NCBI RefSeq assembly: GCF_006345805.1 | Contig: NC_042998.1 | Location: forward strand, 3,410,001 to 3,474,000 | Origin: Octopus sinensis | Lineage: Eukaryota | Direction of reading: 5' to 3' | Length of the DNA stretch: 64,000 nt | The notes under the pieces: model-generated | The model's input: the letters and a program-made list of their open reading frames with translations, nothing else | The model's database searches: none | What the model was told of the DNA's origin: nothing | Shown here: positions 12,476 through 26,075 of the stretch, in pieces | Numbering within the stretch: position 1 is the first letter of the stretch | Layout: the number at the start of each line of letters is the position of its first letter | Program-made: the position numbers and the translations under genes

Positions 12476-15400
12476 AACTGCTTGCAAAAATTTTTTGTGA
12501 TAAAAGTTCATTATTCAACACCAGAATGGAGTGTTGGAACTTAACAAAAAATGTGGAGGATGATTTTATTATCTACGCCGGAGTAGTCAACCGTATGTGC
12601 AAAAGTTTCAAACTCCAGGATCTCGCTCAAGATCTATTCAAATCATTTATCTTCGTACAAGGACTTATAGCACCTGAAGATAGAGAAATTCGGGCAAGGA
12701 TTCTCTCGAAAATGGAGCAAGCGAACCAGGATTTATCCCTACAGACCTTCGCAGAAGAATATGAGACTATGTTAAGTCTTAAACATAGTGTGAAAAAAAT
12801 ACAAGAAAAAGACTCTGTAAAAATTCAAATGTGTCGTCCCGGGAAGTACAATCAATAAAGTGTCAGGCCCCAATCCGTGTAATGGTTATGGAGGCCTACA
12901 TTACAAAAATGGTTGTCCGTTTAAAAACAAAAATCGCTGTACTTGTCAGAAGCTGGGACACAAGAATTCTCATTGTATAACAAGACTACAAGGTTCAAAC
13001 ATAAAAAGTTCTAAGGTGTTTTCAGCGGAGAGTGATTGCGACGGAAAAACAAGAAAATTCGTGCATGTAAAAATAAATAATGTGAATACCCAAATTACAA
13101 TTAGAGACAAGTAGTGACATCTCTATTATAAATGTGGATACTTGAAAAAAAAATTGGTAAACCGAGATTACGTAAAACAGCGAAAATAGCGCATAGTGTA
13201 ACGTGTGATAAATTACATTTCATGGGCAAAACATTTATCGACGTCACATTTCGAGGAGAGACACGCGAAGCAAAATTAATCGTTGCGGATAATACAATCA
13301 ATCTGTTTGGCACAGAATGGTTAGAACTATTCGATTTATGGAACCTTCCTATTAATGTTTACTGCAATAACATAAATGGTTGTACCGTTAAAAACAAGGC
13401 TTCGGAAGAACTGAAGGAAAAATTGAAAGAAATGTGCTCACAAGTGTTATCAGAGGATTTGAGTCTATGTAGAACGACGGAAGCCTATTTCCAAGTAAGT
13501 GAAAGCGCCGTACCTGTATTTAAAGCAAACAGAAAAGTACCGTTCGTGGCAATTGAGACCGTAAATGAAGAGTTGGGCTGACTCGAAAAAGAGAGGAGTC
13601 ATCAAAAATGTGGATTACTCGAAGTAGGCGGCACCCACGCTCTGTATTAAAAAAAAAGATTAGGTTGTGTGCCAATTTCTCTACAGGATTGAACGACTAC
13701 TTAAAAACATTCCACCATCCACTCCCGACAGCGGAGGACATTTTTTTCAAAGTTAAATGATGGAAAAATGTTTTCCAAATTAGATCTGTCTGAAACCTAT
13801 TTACAGATAAAAGTAAATGAAAAATGCTTAAATTATTTGAAAATGAATACACACAGAAGATTGTACAGATATACACGATTACCTTTTGGATTAAAAGTGG
13901 CACCAGCAATATTCCAGCAAAGCATGGATACTATGTTATCTGATTGTGAATTTGCAATCCCGTACTTGGACGATATTTTGATCAGGAGTAATTCTCCTGT
14001 ACAGCATGGGGAACACATAAAAGCTGTGTTTGAGAAAATTAAAGTTTTGGAGTTCACTTTGAGTGAAGAAAAATGCGAATTCTTTCTACCCCAGATTAAT
14101 TAATTAGGGCAAATGATTGATAAAAGTGGTGGACGTTCTGACCCGTCGAGGGCAGACGCAATAAGAAATATGCCTGCGCCGACATATATACCAACTTTAC
14201 AAACGTTTCTTGAGTTGATAAACTATTGTCAAAGCTACATTCCTAATATACACAAGTTAAAAGCCCCAGTGAACGACTTACTAAACAAAAAAAAGGAGTA
14301 AAGTGGAATTGTTCCACTAAATACCGGAACACTTTTGAAGAAATAAAAAAAATTCTGATCTCAGACCTAGTCGGTACATTACAATCTAGAAACGGACATC
14401 ATTGTAGCGTCTGCTGCTCTCGAGCACGGATTAGGTGCAGTTCTACTTGATAAATACGAAGACGGAAGTACAAAATAAGTGGTTCGTGTTTCGTGCTCGA
14501 TAATAACGGCAGAGAAAAGATATAGTCAAATTGAAAAGGAGGCCCTAGCAATTATTTTTCCACCCAAAAAAATCTCATAGGTTTCTGGATGGCAGAAGTT
14601 TTTATTGCAAACAGACCATAGAGCTTTGCTCTCGATTTAAGAATCTACAAAAGGGTTACCGACTCATTCTGTGAACCGCCTGCAACGTTGGGGTGTAATA
14701 TTACTGAATTATAATTTCAAAATGCAGTACATTCTATCGAAAAAATTCGGTCATGCGGACTGCCTTTCGAGATTAATTCAAAAAAAATATGGAACCACTA
14801 GAAGAGACTGTTTTAGCCGCACTGCAGGCAGAAAACGAAGTTAAGTGTTATGACGAATGTTATCCAAGAACTACCAGTGACGGCACAGAATATAAGAATA
14901 AAAGCTGTAGGTGACGAGTGTATTGCGAAAATAAAAGAAACCTTAAAGAATAAACAGAATAAAAATTCAGATGCCAGTAGTTTTTTCAATTTGCGATGAA
15001 ATTCTGGTGTACACCCAAAGAGTGGTGGTTCCAACTACATTAGAAAAAGGTGTATTGCAACAATTACCCAGCGGACATCCAGGAATGGCAAGGATGAACG
15101 CTCTGATGAGGAGTTATGTCTATTGGCCGTCTATGGGCCAAGATATCGAAAACTTGGTGAGAGCGTGCCGAAATTGTGCGCTCGCGGCCAAGCCCCGCCG
15201 GTAAAATATCAGTCGTGGCCAGAGACGGAGAACTCATGGTTTAGGTTACACATTAACTATACTGGACCGATAAACGGCACTTACTACCTAATCATTGTAG
15301 ATAGCTGTACTATGTGGCCGAGGGTTTGCAGGAGCTATAAACTAATCTCTAAGACAACTGTAATGTTCTTATACGAATTGTTTGCGCGATATGGTGTCCC

Positions 15401-15760
15401 TGACACACTAGTTTCAGACAATGGAACGCAGTTCGATAGGATATGCATTCAAGAACTCCTGTAAAAGGCATGCGATAAAGCATATTTTCACTCCACCCTA
15501 CTACTTGACGTCAAGCGGGCAGGTAGAAAGATTTGTGGACACCTTTAAGAGAGCGTTAAGAAAAGCGAGGAATATATTAAGTAACGATGAAGCACTGACA
15601 AATCTTTTAAGAATATACAGAGTAACCCCCCAATCCAAGTACAATTTCAAGGAAGTCTCCCGTAGAATTGATGTTCGCAAGAAGAATAAAATCCATTTTT
15701 GATAAGCTTTACCAGAGAAAAAAAAACGTAAAGAAATACAAAAGAGTCAACGAAATATGT
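12476..15760 (+). pseudogene. Decayed Ty3/Gypsy gag-pol (K02A2.6-like): gag tail, protease, RT, RNase H, integrase; no LTRs found
   Basis: KIFCDKSSLFNTRMEC (gag); LETSSDISIIN (protease DTG degenerate); RLPFGLKVAPAIFQ and YLDD (RT); HPGMARM..YWP..CRNC (Zn finger); SDNGTQF and GQVERF (integrase). Many frameshifts and stops. Confidence 0.92.
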
Positions 15761-17179
15761 GGAAATAGGTGATAAAGTGCATTTCAAAACCCTATAGAAA
15801 CGGTTTTGGATTGTTGGTTCTTAAAAGATTGTTGATAGGTTCCGTATGGTTACTGCTGTTTGTTTCGATTATATTGTTATTACATTATTACACCATTGCA
15901 GTGTATTCGTTTATTCATAAGGATATAACAGTTTTCTAAAGCAGAAGTGTATTGGTTTACTGACAATAAGCGCATATTTTTGTAAGCATAGCTAAAAAAA
16001 ATGTCGAAGTATATGTAAGACTAACTGCATTATCGTACTCAAAATCATTATCTAATAACTGATGCATCACGCAAGATTCTTTGGATATGTTCACAAGAAT
16101 TCTGTAGAAATACGAAAAGTGAAAGTTGAATTTATCGCAATCTCTTCCTCTAACCGATGACTTTGAGATCCCCTTAATCGAAATGTCTATTTCCTTTTCT
16201 GTGGAAGACGATAGATAATAAAATCAGACTACAGATGGTGGCAAATGTTTATCGTGTGTCTGAATCTGTCGAGTGTCTATTCAACGGTACTTGCTTGAAA
16301 TACACATGCTGTACTTGTGATAAGTGCACAGGAAACCTGTCATACGTGGGAGGTCGTCCTTGCAACCTGTGATCCAATAAACAGAACATTGTATTAGGAG
16401 GTGAAACAAAACCAGAATGGTTATAGCTATCTTGCCTACCTTAAGTTTCTATCTTCTATTAACGTCGTAAATTTCAACAATTGTTCAATCATACTCTTGT
16501 AGACGTCCTTATATATGTAAAAACAAAAATGGATATACGAATCCTTTGAAGTGTAAGTGTGCTTATTCGCGTTGTTCTAATAAACCACTGCATGATAGAG
16601 TTGCGTGTATGTTTTTTTTTTATAAATACAAAGATACAAATGGAGTAAAGAGAGCGCTTAACAGAAAATTCCGGGTTACATATTTGAATAAATACTTTGA
16701 GTCAGATAATCGTTACTAAAAGGCTTGTAAATGCTCGCTCAAATTCATTAATGCTTGTGTGGTGAGGCAGCCAAGATTTCTAAATGCGTCTGATAATTAG
16801 CAGATTTTGTTCGGATTAGACTGGTTTGTTTCTTCGGTAGGTTCGGTAGTTTTTGAAGACGTCTGATAGGTGTTCAACGACAACTGTTTCTCGGACCCAA
16901 ACCCAATATTCCTCGAATGATCGGCTGCACCACATGAGTCGAAGTGCCTTATAAGAACGGGATTTTCACATTAACCAATGAAAATCAGTCTTATAAAGAA
17001 GTAGTAGACAACCCACTACTCACTCATTATGATTGTATCTGAACCATCAAACGCGCTTATCGCATCTATGAATCGTCTGGTAATACAGACGTGACTGACA
17101 AACTGTTAATACAAATATATGTAAATGCGCATACATATGCAATGAAAGCTAGAGTTGCACGTATATTTGATTACACACA

Positions 17180-17440
17180 CACACACACACACGCAAACAC
17201 ACACGCACGCACGCACACACACGCGTGCACGCTTCTTATATATATATATGTGTGTGTGTGCATACTGAAAGTAAGATTTGGAGAGAGCGAGAGAGATTGT
17301 GCGGATAAATGGAAAAAAAGTGGACTGATGAAAGCAGTCAGAATGAATGACATTGGACAGGAGCCAACAGTTTGCTGACAGCGTAAATTTAGAATATGTA
17401 TGAGCTTGCTTAGTTAGGTGTGTGTATATGCATGTTCGTG

Positions 17441-17474
<34 letters not shown>

Positions 17475-17495
17475 ATATAATTATTTATTTATATA

Positions 17496-17567
<72 letters not shown>

Positions 17568-17812
17568 TATTTATAATTCATTTATTTATATATAGATATA
17601 TATATGTATATATATATATATAATTTATTTATTTATATATAGATATATATATATGTATATATATATATTTAATTTATTTATATATATATATATTATATAT
17701 ATATATAATTTATTTATTTATATGTATATATATATGTATATATATATATGTATATATATATGTATATATATATATATATATATAATTATTTATTTATATA
17801 TATATATACATA

Positions 17813-17863
<51 letters not shown>

Positions 17864-18086
17864 ATATATATATAATTTATTTATTTATATATTATATATA
17901 TATATGCATGTACGTACGCCTCTATATATACCTCTATAACTACATCTATACACACACACAAACACACATATACGCACACACGTACATAAGCCCACCCATA
18001 TTTATACACACTAATTCAGACATCTATATATTTTCATATATACATTTAAGTATAACTATGTGCGTGTGCATATGTATGTATGCTTG

Positions 18087-18139
<53 letters not shown>

Positions 18140-18180
18140 GCACACACACGTATATATATATATATGTGTATATTTATGTT
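17180..18180. repeat. Compound (CA)n/(TA)n microsatellite array
   Basis: Direct inspection. Confidence 0.95.
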
Positions 18181-18959
18181 TCTTCTTAGAAGTAGATAGG
18201 AAATAATGAAAGGAAGAACGAAAACAATTGCATAAGCAAAATTTCACTTTCATGTCAGCAGATCCATATGATGTGTCCCGCGCATTGACCTAGAAACCTA
18301 TATTACGCCGACATTGGGACAATGGATATACGAATCCCTTAAAGTGTAAGTGCGCTTATTCGCAAGTACAAATGACTGACTCCATGATTTAACAAACAGA
18401 CATGTGGCATTTAGATGTGAAAATGTACGAAGCATTTGTATATTCATTGCGGTATGTTCATGTGCTGTGAGTATGTATGTGTGACTGTGTGTGAGAATGC
18501 GTTCGTGCTGCTTTTTTTTCTTTTCTGGGGTGGCATTAGTAACTATCACTTAAAAAAAAAACAGTAACATCAACAGACAAACAAAATCAACAATAAAACA
18601 ACACCACAAACAACAAACAAACTGTGCGTTGAACTTAAGAAAATAAATACTTAGGCACAATCTATAAGATTTGCTAGTCTGATATATCATTAAAAGCGCA
18701 ATTTGTGTTGAGATTATTTCGTACAGTCTGCCATACTTAAGTCGAATGTGTGTAAGTGACTGTTTGTGCCTGTTATTTCTGATCTGTCTTGTCAGTGTTT
18801 GTATTATTGAAATTATTAGGACCAGCACCGTGAAGATAGGTGCAGTGTGTCCGATCTATGGGTATTGCATAAACAACATGAATTCCACGCAAAGGATTAA
18901 AAGTTCCTTCATATGACCAGCTTAATTTTTGTTTTAACGTATAATAGGTTAATGATATA

Positions 18960-19339
18960 TCTCTCTATATAAAGCTGAAGTTGTCTGTGTATGGTAGGTT
19001 TGGTAGCCTTCAACTAACACTATCTCCTCCGAGACCCTGCTGCGCAAGTTGACCAAAATTGAGAGTGTGATAGAAGAAGACTTGCTCTTCATTCCGTAGA
19101 AGAAAACATTCAAATCGGACCATGTTAACACCAAAAATTATTTACATCAAAAAGGTGCTTTTTTCTATGAAAATCCCTATTTTTTAACGAATTTTTTGAC
19201 TGCTGTGTCGCTATTTTTCGGTGTATTTCAACCAGAAAAATGTTCACTTAAAGCTACATAATGCAAAATGTTTACTTTTCAAAAATTCCAATTCTAAAGG
19301 GTCGAAACAAACCCGAGCAACGCCGGGCGATACTGCTAG
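18960..19339 (+). mobile_element. Non-autonomous Helitron-like element
   Basis: 5' TCTCTCTATATAAA; 3' hairpin cccgagcaacgccggg (19312-19327) then CTAG; sits between A(18959) and T(19340); no TSD; homologous to 63389-63779. Confidence 0.85.
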
Positions 19340-19504
19340 TTTTGTTCAAATTTTAACATATTATAGGGTTCATCGTAATTAACTGAAGTTTTATTTCCGC
19401 TAATAAAATGTTTCATTTACTGACTTTGAATCATCTACTTGCTGATGGTTTGTTTTTGATAGTTATAGATTTCCTGCTTGTGGAGTCAAATCAACAATTT
19501 CCAC

Positions 19505-19868
19505 CTTAGTGTTAAAATTTCTCTGACGTTTTCAGCAGAATCTTAAAAGACTCCGCCGGTTACGACGACGAGGGTCCCAGCTGATACGATCAACGGAACA
19601 GCTTGCTCGTGAAATTAACGTGCAAATGGCTGAGCATTCCACAGACACGTGTACCCTTAACGTAGTTCTCGGGGATAATCGGCGTGACACAGAGAGTGAC
19701 AAGGCTGACCCTTTGAAATACAAGTACAACTCATTTTTGCCAGCTGAGTGGACTGGAGCAACGTGAAATAAAGTGTCTTGCTCAAGGACACAACGCGTCG
19801 CCGGGAATCGAACTCACAACCTTACGATCATGAGCCGAATGCCCTAACCACTAAGCCACGCGCCCTCA
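19505..19868 (-). mobile_element. tRNA-derived CORE-like SINE (family C variant)
   Basis: Minus head gtggcttagtggttagggcattcggc..gtgagttcgattcc followed by tgtgtccttgagcaagacactttatttcacgttgctccagtccactcagctg. Confidence 0.8.
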
Positions 19869-20269
19869 CAATCAGCAGAATCTATTGCATTAACCAATGC
19901 ATTCCTCATGGCTCAATTACATCTTTGAGCCTATTACATGAACACACTTATCTGCAGTCACTTCCAACTGGAGTCACTCATCTACAAATAAGTTTAATCT
20001 ACGATTAGACTTCAAAAATGTAGTCTTTAATTAAAATTACATTAGATCATGTAGTCCCTAGTATAATACTCTTAAAATCAAAAAGCAAAGAGTAGTATAA
20101 GTCTTGGCTTTAATTCCACTGATTATACATGTTTGTTCAAAACCGATTTGAGACGAAGCAACAGAAACACATTGTCGCATTCCCAGTTTTGGTACAAAGT
20201 ACGTGGCATCTAAAATTATCCATTACATTCAAGCGTCGCACATGGATGGTAATGGTGAGTTCAGAGTAA

Positions 20270-20545
20270 TGTCAGAAAAGCCGCTTCGTGGGTATTTTAA
20301 AAGCTTGAAGACCTTCAACATCGGCCATGTCTTGTGTGAGCAGATAGCTCAGGATGGAGATAAATGAGGGTCAGCTATTCGCGGGGATATGTAAACCTAA
20401 AAAGCCTACAGGATTACTGCAGGTGAACAACGCAGGCAGGCCGCGAAAGCCAACGCCATTAAATATTTAACTACTGTCAGCGTTCCCTGTCCACGCTTCC
20501 ACAAAATCTGATCAGATAGCCTGATCAGTCACCAACGTGCCTACA
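20270..20545 (+). mobile_element. RTE-clade LINE C-terminal remnant
   Basis: Translates to LKTFNIGHVLCEQIAQDGDK*GSAIRG and CPRFHK..SLISHQRAY, resembling the RTE ORF end. Confidence 0.55.
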
Positions 20546-20596
20546 AAACCCAACTCCAACACACGCCAGTTAAGGTACTTGGTCCTCGTCTCCTAA

Positions 20597-20990
20597 GGCG
20601 GCGAGCTGGCAGAAACGTCAGCACGCCGGGCGAAAAGCTTAGCGGTATTTCGTCTGCCGTTACGTTCTCAGTTCAAATTTCGCCGAGGTCGATTTTGCCT
20701 TTTATCCTTTCGAGGTCGATAAATTAAGTACCAGTTACGCACTGGGGTCGATGTAATCGACTTAATCCGTTTGTCTGTCCTTGTTTGTCCTCTCTGTGTT
20801 TAGCCCCTTGTGGATAGTAAAGAAATAGAAATAGGTATTTCGTCGGCCGTTACATTCTGAGTTCCATTTCCGCCGAGGTCGACTTTGCCTTTCATCCTTC
20901 GGGGTCGATAAATTAAGTACCGGTTACCCTTTGTCTGTCCTCGTTTGTCCCCTCTATGTTTAGCCCCTTGTGAACAATAACGAAATAAGC
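20597..20990 (+). mobile_element. SINE family A dimer
   Basis: Two units joined at gaaatag|gtatttcgtc; TSD tggtc(ctc/ttt)gtctcctaa at 20580-20596 and 20991-21007. Confidence 0.9.
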
Positions 20991-21607
20991 TGGTCTTTGT
21001 CTCCTAACATCACTAACGAAGCACTTAACTACATTCTGTCTTACTATCCACTTCATTATTTGTAGAACTACCGGCATGCAAGAAAGGAAAACTGAAACGT
21101 AACTACAAATAACTACACCCAGATATTCATATAACCCCGTTTTAATAGGGGTCTGTAATGCATGCAGTTATTACCCCTACGTATCTAATTCACTCAGATA
21201 AGAGAGTATAAATAACTCTCTTTAGTAGTTATGTGTAGTTATGTTCTTTGAACGTCACGACAGAACATCTTCTCAATTAGCATATAAGAATGTATGTATA
21301 GGTGTTTGTGTGTGTAGGTGTGTGTGCGTGTATGTGTTTGTATGTCTGTATGTATATATAGATGAATATATGTAAATACGTACATGTATTAGTGCATGTG
21401 TATCTGTATATACACACACACATATATCTTTGCATATATAATTGTGTAGGTATGTTTGTGTGCGTGTGAAGAAAAGCAATGAAAATATAGCCGTAACATT
21501 GGGGAATATATGGTTTAAAACATATTTCCTAAAAACTAAAACCCCAAATCCTCTGAAAGCAAGCACAAATACTTATGATCCTTAACCCCGCATTGTTATA
21601 TGTGTTT

Positions 21608-21662
<55 letters not shown>

Positions 21663-21962
21663 GCTTGTGCGCGCGTGTGTGTCGAGATCAAGATAATTCG
21701 CACGGATACATTACAAGACAAAACTTAAACAGTAATAGCGGTTGCTGACAGTTGAAAGTTAGCACAAAGCTTTCTTGTTAACCTTTATCAACAAGTTTAT
21801 TGTAATTTAGAAATAATCAACGTTCCTTGAATGTTTCCTGATATCATATTAGCATCCATCGTTTTATCCTCATTTATGCAGTTGGCGATGAAGACTAAGC
21901 TGGCCACGTACTTATGTATGTGTTCAGGCACGAGGAAGTCTTACGTATATATATATATGTAT

Positions 21963-21997
<35 letters not shown>

Positions 21998-22319
21998 GCG
22001 TGCGTACAAAGGCGGTGGCAAAAGATTTAGTTACGAACTGACGAGTGGTTATCTTTTTTTGTTTTGTAGCTCAGGGTCTTCTTTCACGGAACGGTGCTTT
22101 ACAAACGATTCTCGCCATGTTTCACAAAATAAAAAAAAGGACAAAAGAGAAGTTGAGATTACTTTAATTAAGTAGCAGGTAATTTTACGCCATGGCTTCT
22201 TACCACATCTGTCATTAGTGTCTTTCTAGATGATTGCTCGGACTAGTGCCACACCTATTTCAGATTTTCATGGAAATTATCAAAGAACACAAAGTCCTGA
22301 AATTTTATAAGATTTAAAC

Positions 22320-22496
22320 GGCAGACATGGCTGTATGGTTAAGAAACCCGCTTTGTAACCACGCAGGTTCGGGTTCAGTACTCCTGCGCAGTACCTTGGT
22401 TAACTGTTTTCTACTATAGCCACGAGCCGAATGCTTAGCGAGTAAATTTGGTAGACGAAAACTGTGCGGAATCCCGCCTCTCTCTCCTTCATATAT

Positions 22497-22552
<56 letters not shown>

Positions 22553-22780
22553 CGCGCACACACACATATAATCTGCATATGTTTTTGTGTGTCTGTGTTT
22601 ATCCCAACCAACACCGCTTGAACCGGCGCTGGTTTGCTTATGTCACCGTAACGTAGCAGTTCGGCAAAGTAAAGGAGAATAAGTGTCAGGATGGGGTCGA
22701 TTTGTTCAGCTAAAACTTTTCTAAGTGGTGCCCCAGCATGGCCTCATGCCAATGACAGAAACACTTAAAAGATAAAGATC
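22320..22780 (+). mobile_element. SINE family B, diverged
   Basis: Head atggctgtatggttaag..ggttcagtac, internal (TA)n, tail gtggtgccccagcatggcc..aaaagataaagat. Confidence 0.75.
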
Positions 22781-23164
22781 ACCACTCATGTTTTTGCTCA
22801 CACCATGTCCTATCCATCTTTTAATCCGGATACAAAATATTTCGGAACGACAACAATCATAATCCCTCTGCTCTACCTCTAGGGTCTTTTTGACATTTGC
22901 CGTTTCTATTGCGTGTCCACAAAGCACCGATTTACAACGGGGCGCTGTCGTCCAAATTAAGAACCTCTGCTGTAAACGATGTGGAAACACGTCATGTTAA
23001 AGATACAGGTTGAGGAGTGGAAAACAATGTTGAAATGAACTTCTGGTAATCTGATCTGTAGAAAATAGCAGATATAGCAGCTAAAGCCATCAAATCTTAT
23101 GTTATCGGTTTAAGAAAAGAAAGAACACTCTGGATAAGGTGGAACTTGAGTTGTTGTTTTTTTT

Positions 23165-23410
23165 TGGCTTAGTGGTTAGGGTGTCAGCGTCATGATCGTA
23201 AGATTGTGGTTTCGATTCCTGGACCGGCCGACGTGTTGTGTTCTTGAGCAAAACACTTCATTTCACGTTGCTCCAGTCCACTCAGCAGGCAAAAATTAGT
23301 AACGCTGCGATGGACTGGCGTCCCGTCCAGCTGGGGAACACATATGCCATTGAAACCGGGAAACCGGGCCCATGAGCGTGGCTAGGCTTTAAAAGGGCGC
23401 ATCTATTTTT
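23165..23410 (+). mobile_element. CORE-like SINE family C
   Basis: A/B boxes ggcttagtggttagg / ggtttcgattcc, then the CORE-like segment; inverted copy at 29690-29935. Confidence 0.85.
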
Positions 23411-24214
23411 TTTAACTTCCTCCTGTTTCAGCGTGTGTGTGTGAGAGAGAGAGAAAGAGAGAGAGACCTAAGCAAGTTTGAAAAGGTACCTAGTTTTTAT
23501 ATGCATATATATTTTTTGTTTGAATAAAACAAATTTAGCTATTTGCCATAAGGAGTAATTAGACATAGAATAAAACTATTTTCAATCTTTTTTCAATATT
23601 CTCTCTCTCACTCTTATATATATATATCTGTATAATGTATTTCATATGAATTTAGAAGCTCTCTAAATTATTATTAACATAACCATTACATATTGCATTA
23701 CACAATTTAAAAGCTAACTAACAAGTTCTGTCTGCACTTCGTAACATCAAATGCAGCAAACTAAAGTGTTGGCAACAAGACACAGACATTATAGCCGGAG
23801 AGTAAGGATGAACCATACACACTTAACAATAACGATTTCGGCAGACATATTTTTGTTCATAATATCAAGTTTCCTTCTTACTAGCACGTATGTCTGTTTG
23901 GATGTTTTAGACATTATTCTAATTACAGAAATGCGATAAAGAAAACATCTAAAATGAAGTAAAATACGTTATTGCAATGTATGTCCCGCATCAAAATTAC
24001 ACAATTGGTGAATGACTTTCTGTTTCTTTTTTATTAACTTTAACACTCTTTAATAATGGGTAAACACTACAATTATTTATTCTCCGTTCGGTAAGCTTTA
24101 AATAATGTAGCTTCGTGTGTGTGTGTGTGTGTGTGTGTTTATGTACATAAAATATTTGTAAATATGTGTATATATATTTATATATGCATGTATATATTTT
24201 TTATTGTTTCTTGT

Positions 24215-24390
24215 TTCAGTCATGTGACTGCGGTCATACTGGAGTACCACCATTTAGTCGAACAAATCGACCCCAGAAATTATTTTTTTAAGGCCTGGTA
24301 CTTATTCTAGCGGTCTCTTTTGTATATCTATATAAATTTAGGGGATATAAATACACCATCACCGGTTGTTAGGCGGTGAGGGGGACAAAC
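24215..24390 (-). mobile_element. SINE family B 3' half
   Basis: tttcagtcatgtgactgcggtcatactggagtacc..gaacaaatcgacccc. Confidence 0.75.
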
Positions 24391-24422
24391 ACACACACAC
24401 ACACACACGCACACACACACAC

Positions 24423-24453
<31 letters not shown>

Positions 24454-24934
24454 GAGAATAACATTTGCTTACAAACAAGGTTTTTAGACTCATTCAACGG
24501 TGATCAGGCAGGAAAGTAAAACTATCTACGATAACACAACTGGAAGACGAAAATAACTTGCTCGTCTGTTTAATCTATACTTGTTAAGAGGCTTAATTTC
24601 CTTTGGAGCAAGAAATGATAGCATGTGAGAGTATTTGTTACATTCATCTAGTTCACGGTAAAGATGAATATTAGGGACCTTATTAATGGAGAATACAGGC
24701 AGAGAAATGTATATATTTTGGGGGTATCTTGTTTAAAAATGGGTTTGATACCACTATGGTGAGTCATTTCCTAAGTTACAAAAGTGGGTACTAGATACCT
24801 GGAGGGTGAAACAGGGTATGAGTGAAAAATCTTTCGAAAATCCCCGTGGTTTCTGTAACGGTTTCGATTCTCATGATTTTTGAATAAAATTAATGCAGTA
24901 AATTTTGAAAATGGCGAGTTGCTTTATATACCAA

Positions 24935-25318
24935 CTAGCAGTATCGCCCGGCGTTGCTCAGGTTTGTAAGGGAAATAACTATAAAGCATTTTTAGAGAGT
25001 TATAGCCAAAAAATAGCAAAAAAATGGAAAAAAAATGATGGTAAATTTTTTTGAGAGTTAAAAAAGGTGGAGTTGCGTCCCCTAGACGGTCTGTGGTTTG
25101 GGTTTCTGATTCTCGACCCCATGTCGAATTTATCGATTTTTTTCAGAACTGGGGGAACTTTTCAAAATTTTCGCTGCGTTAGTTTTGAATTATGACATTG
25201 GGCTATGTGTGTGTCAAGTTTCATCAGAATCGGTTGAAAGCCGTGGTCAGGGTGAGGGTACAAGCAAACAGACACACAGAAACACGCACAGACAAACTGC
25301 CGTTTATATAGAGAGAGA
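24935..25318 (-). mobile_element. Non-autonomous Helitron-like element, different interior
   Basis: Minus strand starts TCTCTCTCTATATAAA and ends gagcaacgccgggcgatactgCTAG; A|T insertion site; interior unlike the 18960 copy. Confidence 0.8.
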
Positions 25319-25447
25319 TGACCGCTGCATTTTATAAGACTGTGTTATAATACATTATATTTGTAAGGATGTATATATGTATGTTTATATCTCTTTATGT
25401 ATATTTCTCTCTCTCACTCTGTCTGTCTGTCTGTCTGTCTCTGTCTC

Positions 25448-25488
<41 letters not shown>

Positions 25489-25539
25489 GCCTCTATCTCT
25501 ATCTCTCACATATCTATATATTATTTATTCTTTGATTTA

Positions 25540-26075
25540 TTTCAGTCATTTGATTGCGGCCATGCTATAGCATCGCCTTTAGTCGAACAAATCGATCCCC
25601 TGGACTTATCCTTTATAAGCCTAGTAATTATTCTATCGTTCTCTTTTGGCGAACTGCTAAGTTACGGGGACGTAAGCACACTAACATCGGATGCCAAACG
25701 TGGTTAAGTAGCTCGCTTAGGAAACACGTGGTTTCAGGTTCAGTCTCACGACAGAGCACCTTCGACAATTATCTTGTACTACAGTCCCTGGCCTACAAAT
25801 GCCTTACAAGTGAATTTGGTAAACAGCAACTGTGTGGACACCCATCGTATATGTGTAAGTGTAAGTGTATGTCCGTCCTTCTGTCTGTATTTCTCTTCGT
25901 ACACCACCGACGACATGTTTTGGTTTCTGTACGTTTTTGTAGCTTGGCGGTTCGACAAAAAAAATTAGAATAAGACCCAGACTTTTAAAATAGGTACATG
26001 GGTCGATTTGATCGACAAAACTGTTCCTGGCGGTGCTTCTGCACGGCCACAGTCCGATTCCTGAAACGAGCAAAA
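25540..26075. mobile_element. Two divergently oriented SINE B pieces (25540-25700 minus; 25700-26075 plus)
   Basis: Tail-to-middle segment on minus, then a diverged near-complete copy on plus. Confidence 0.65.

Noticed and set aside
16700-17090. Possible GIY-YIG remnant on the minus strand (GLSTTSL*D*FS; IRHFDSCG)
   Set aside because: Only short fragments interrupted by stops; needs tBLASTn/HMM confirmation.
17420-18189. Long [12 protein letters not shown] ORFs here and at 26.5-28.4, 37.1-37.6, 39.6-40.9, 42.5-43.0, 55.3-56.0 and 59.6-60.7 kb
   Set aside because: These are translations of dinucleotide microsatellites, which lack stop codons; they are not genes.
22780-22990. Minus-strand ORF KSVLCGHAIETANVKKTLEVEQRDYDCCRSEIFCIRIKRWIGHG as an exon
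   Set aside because: No recognisable domain and only a weak donor site.
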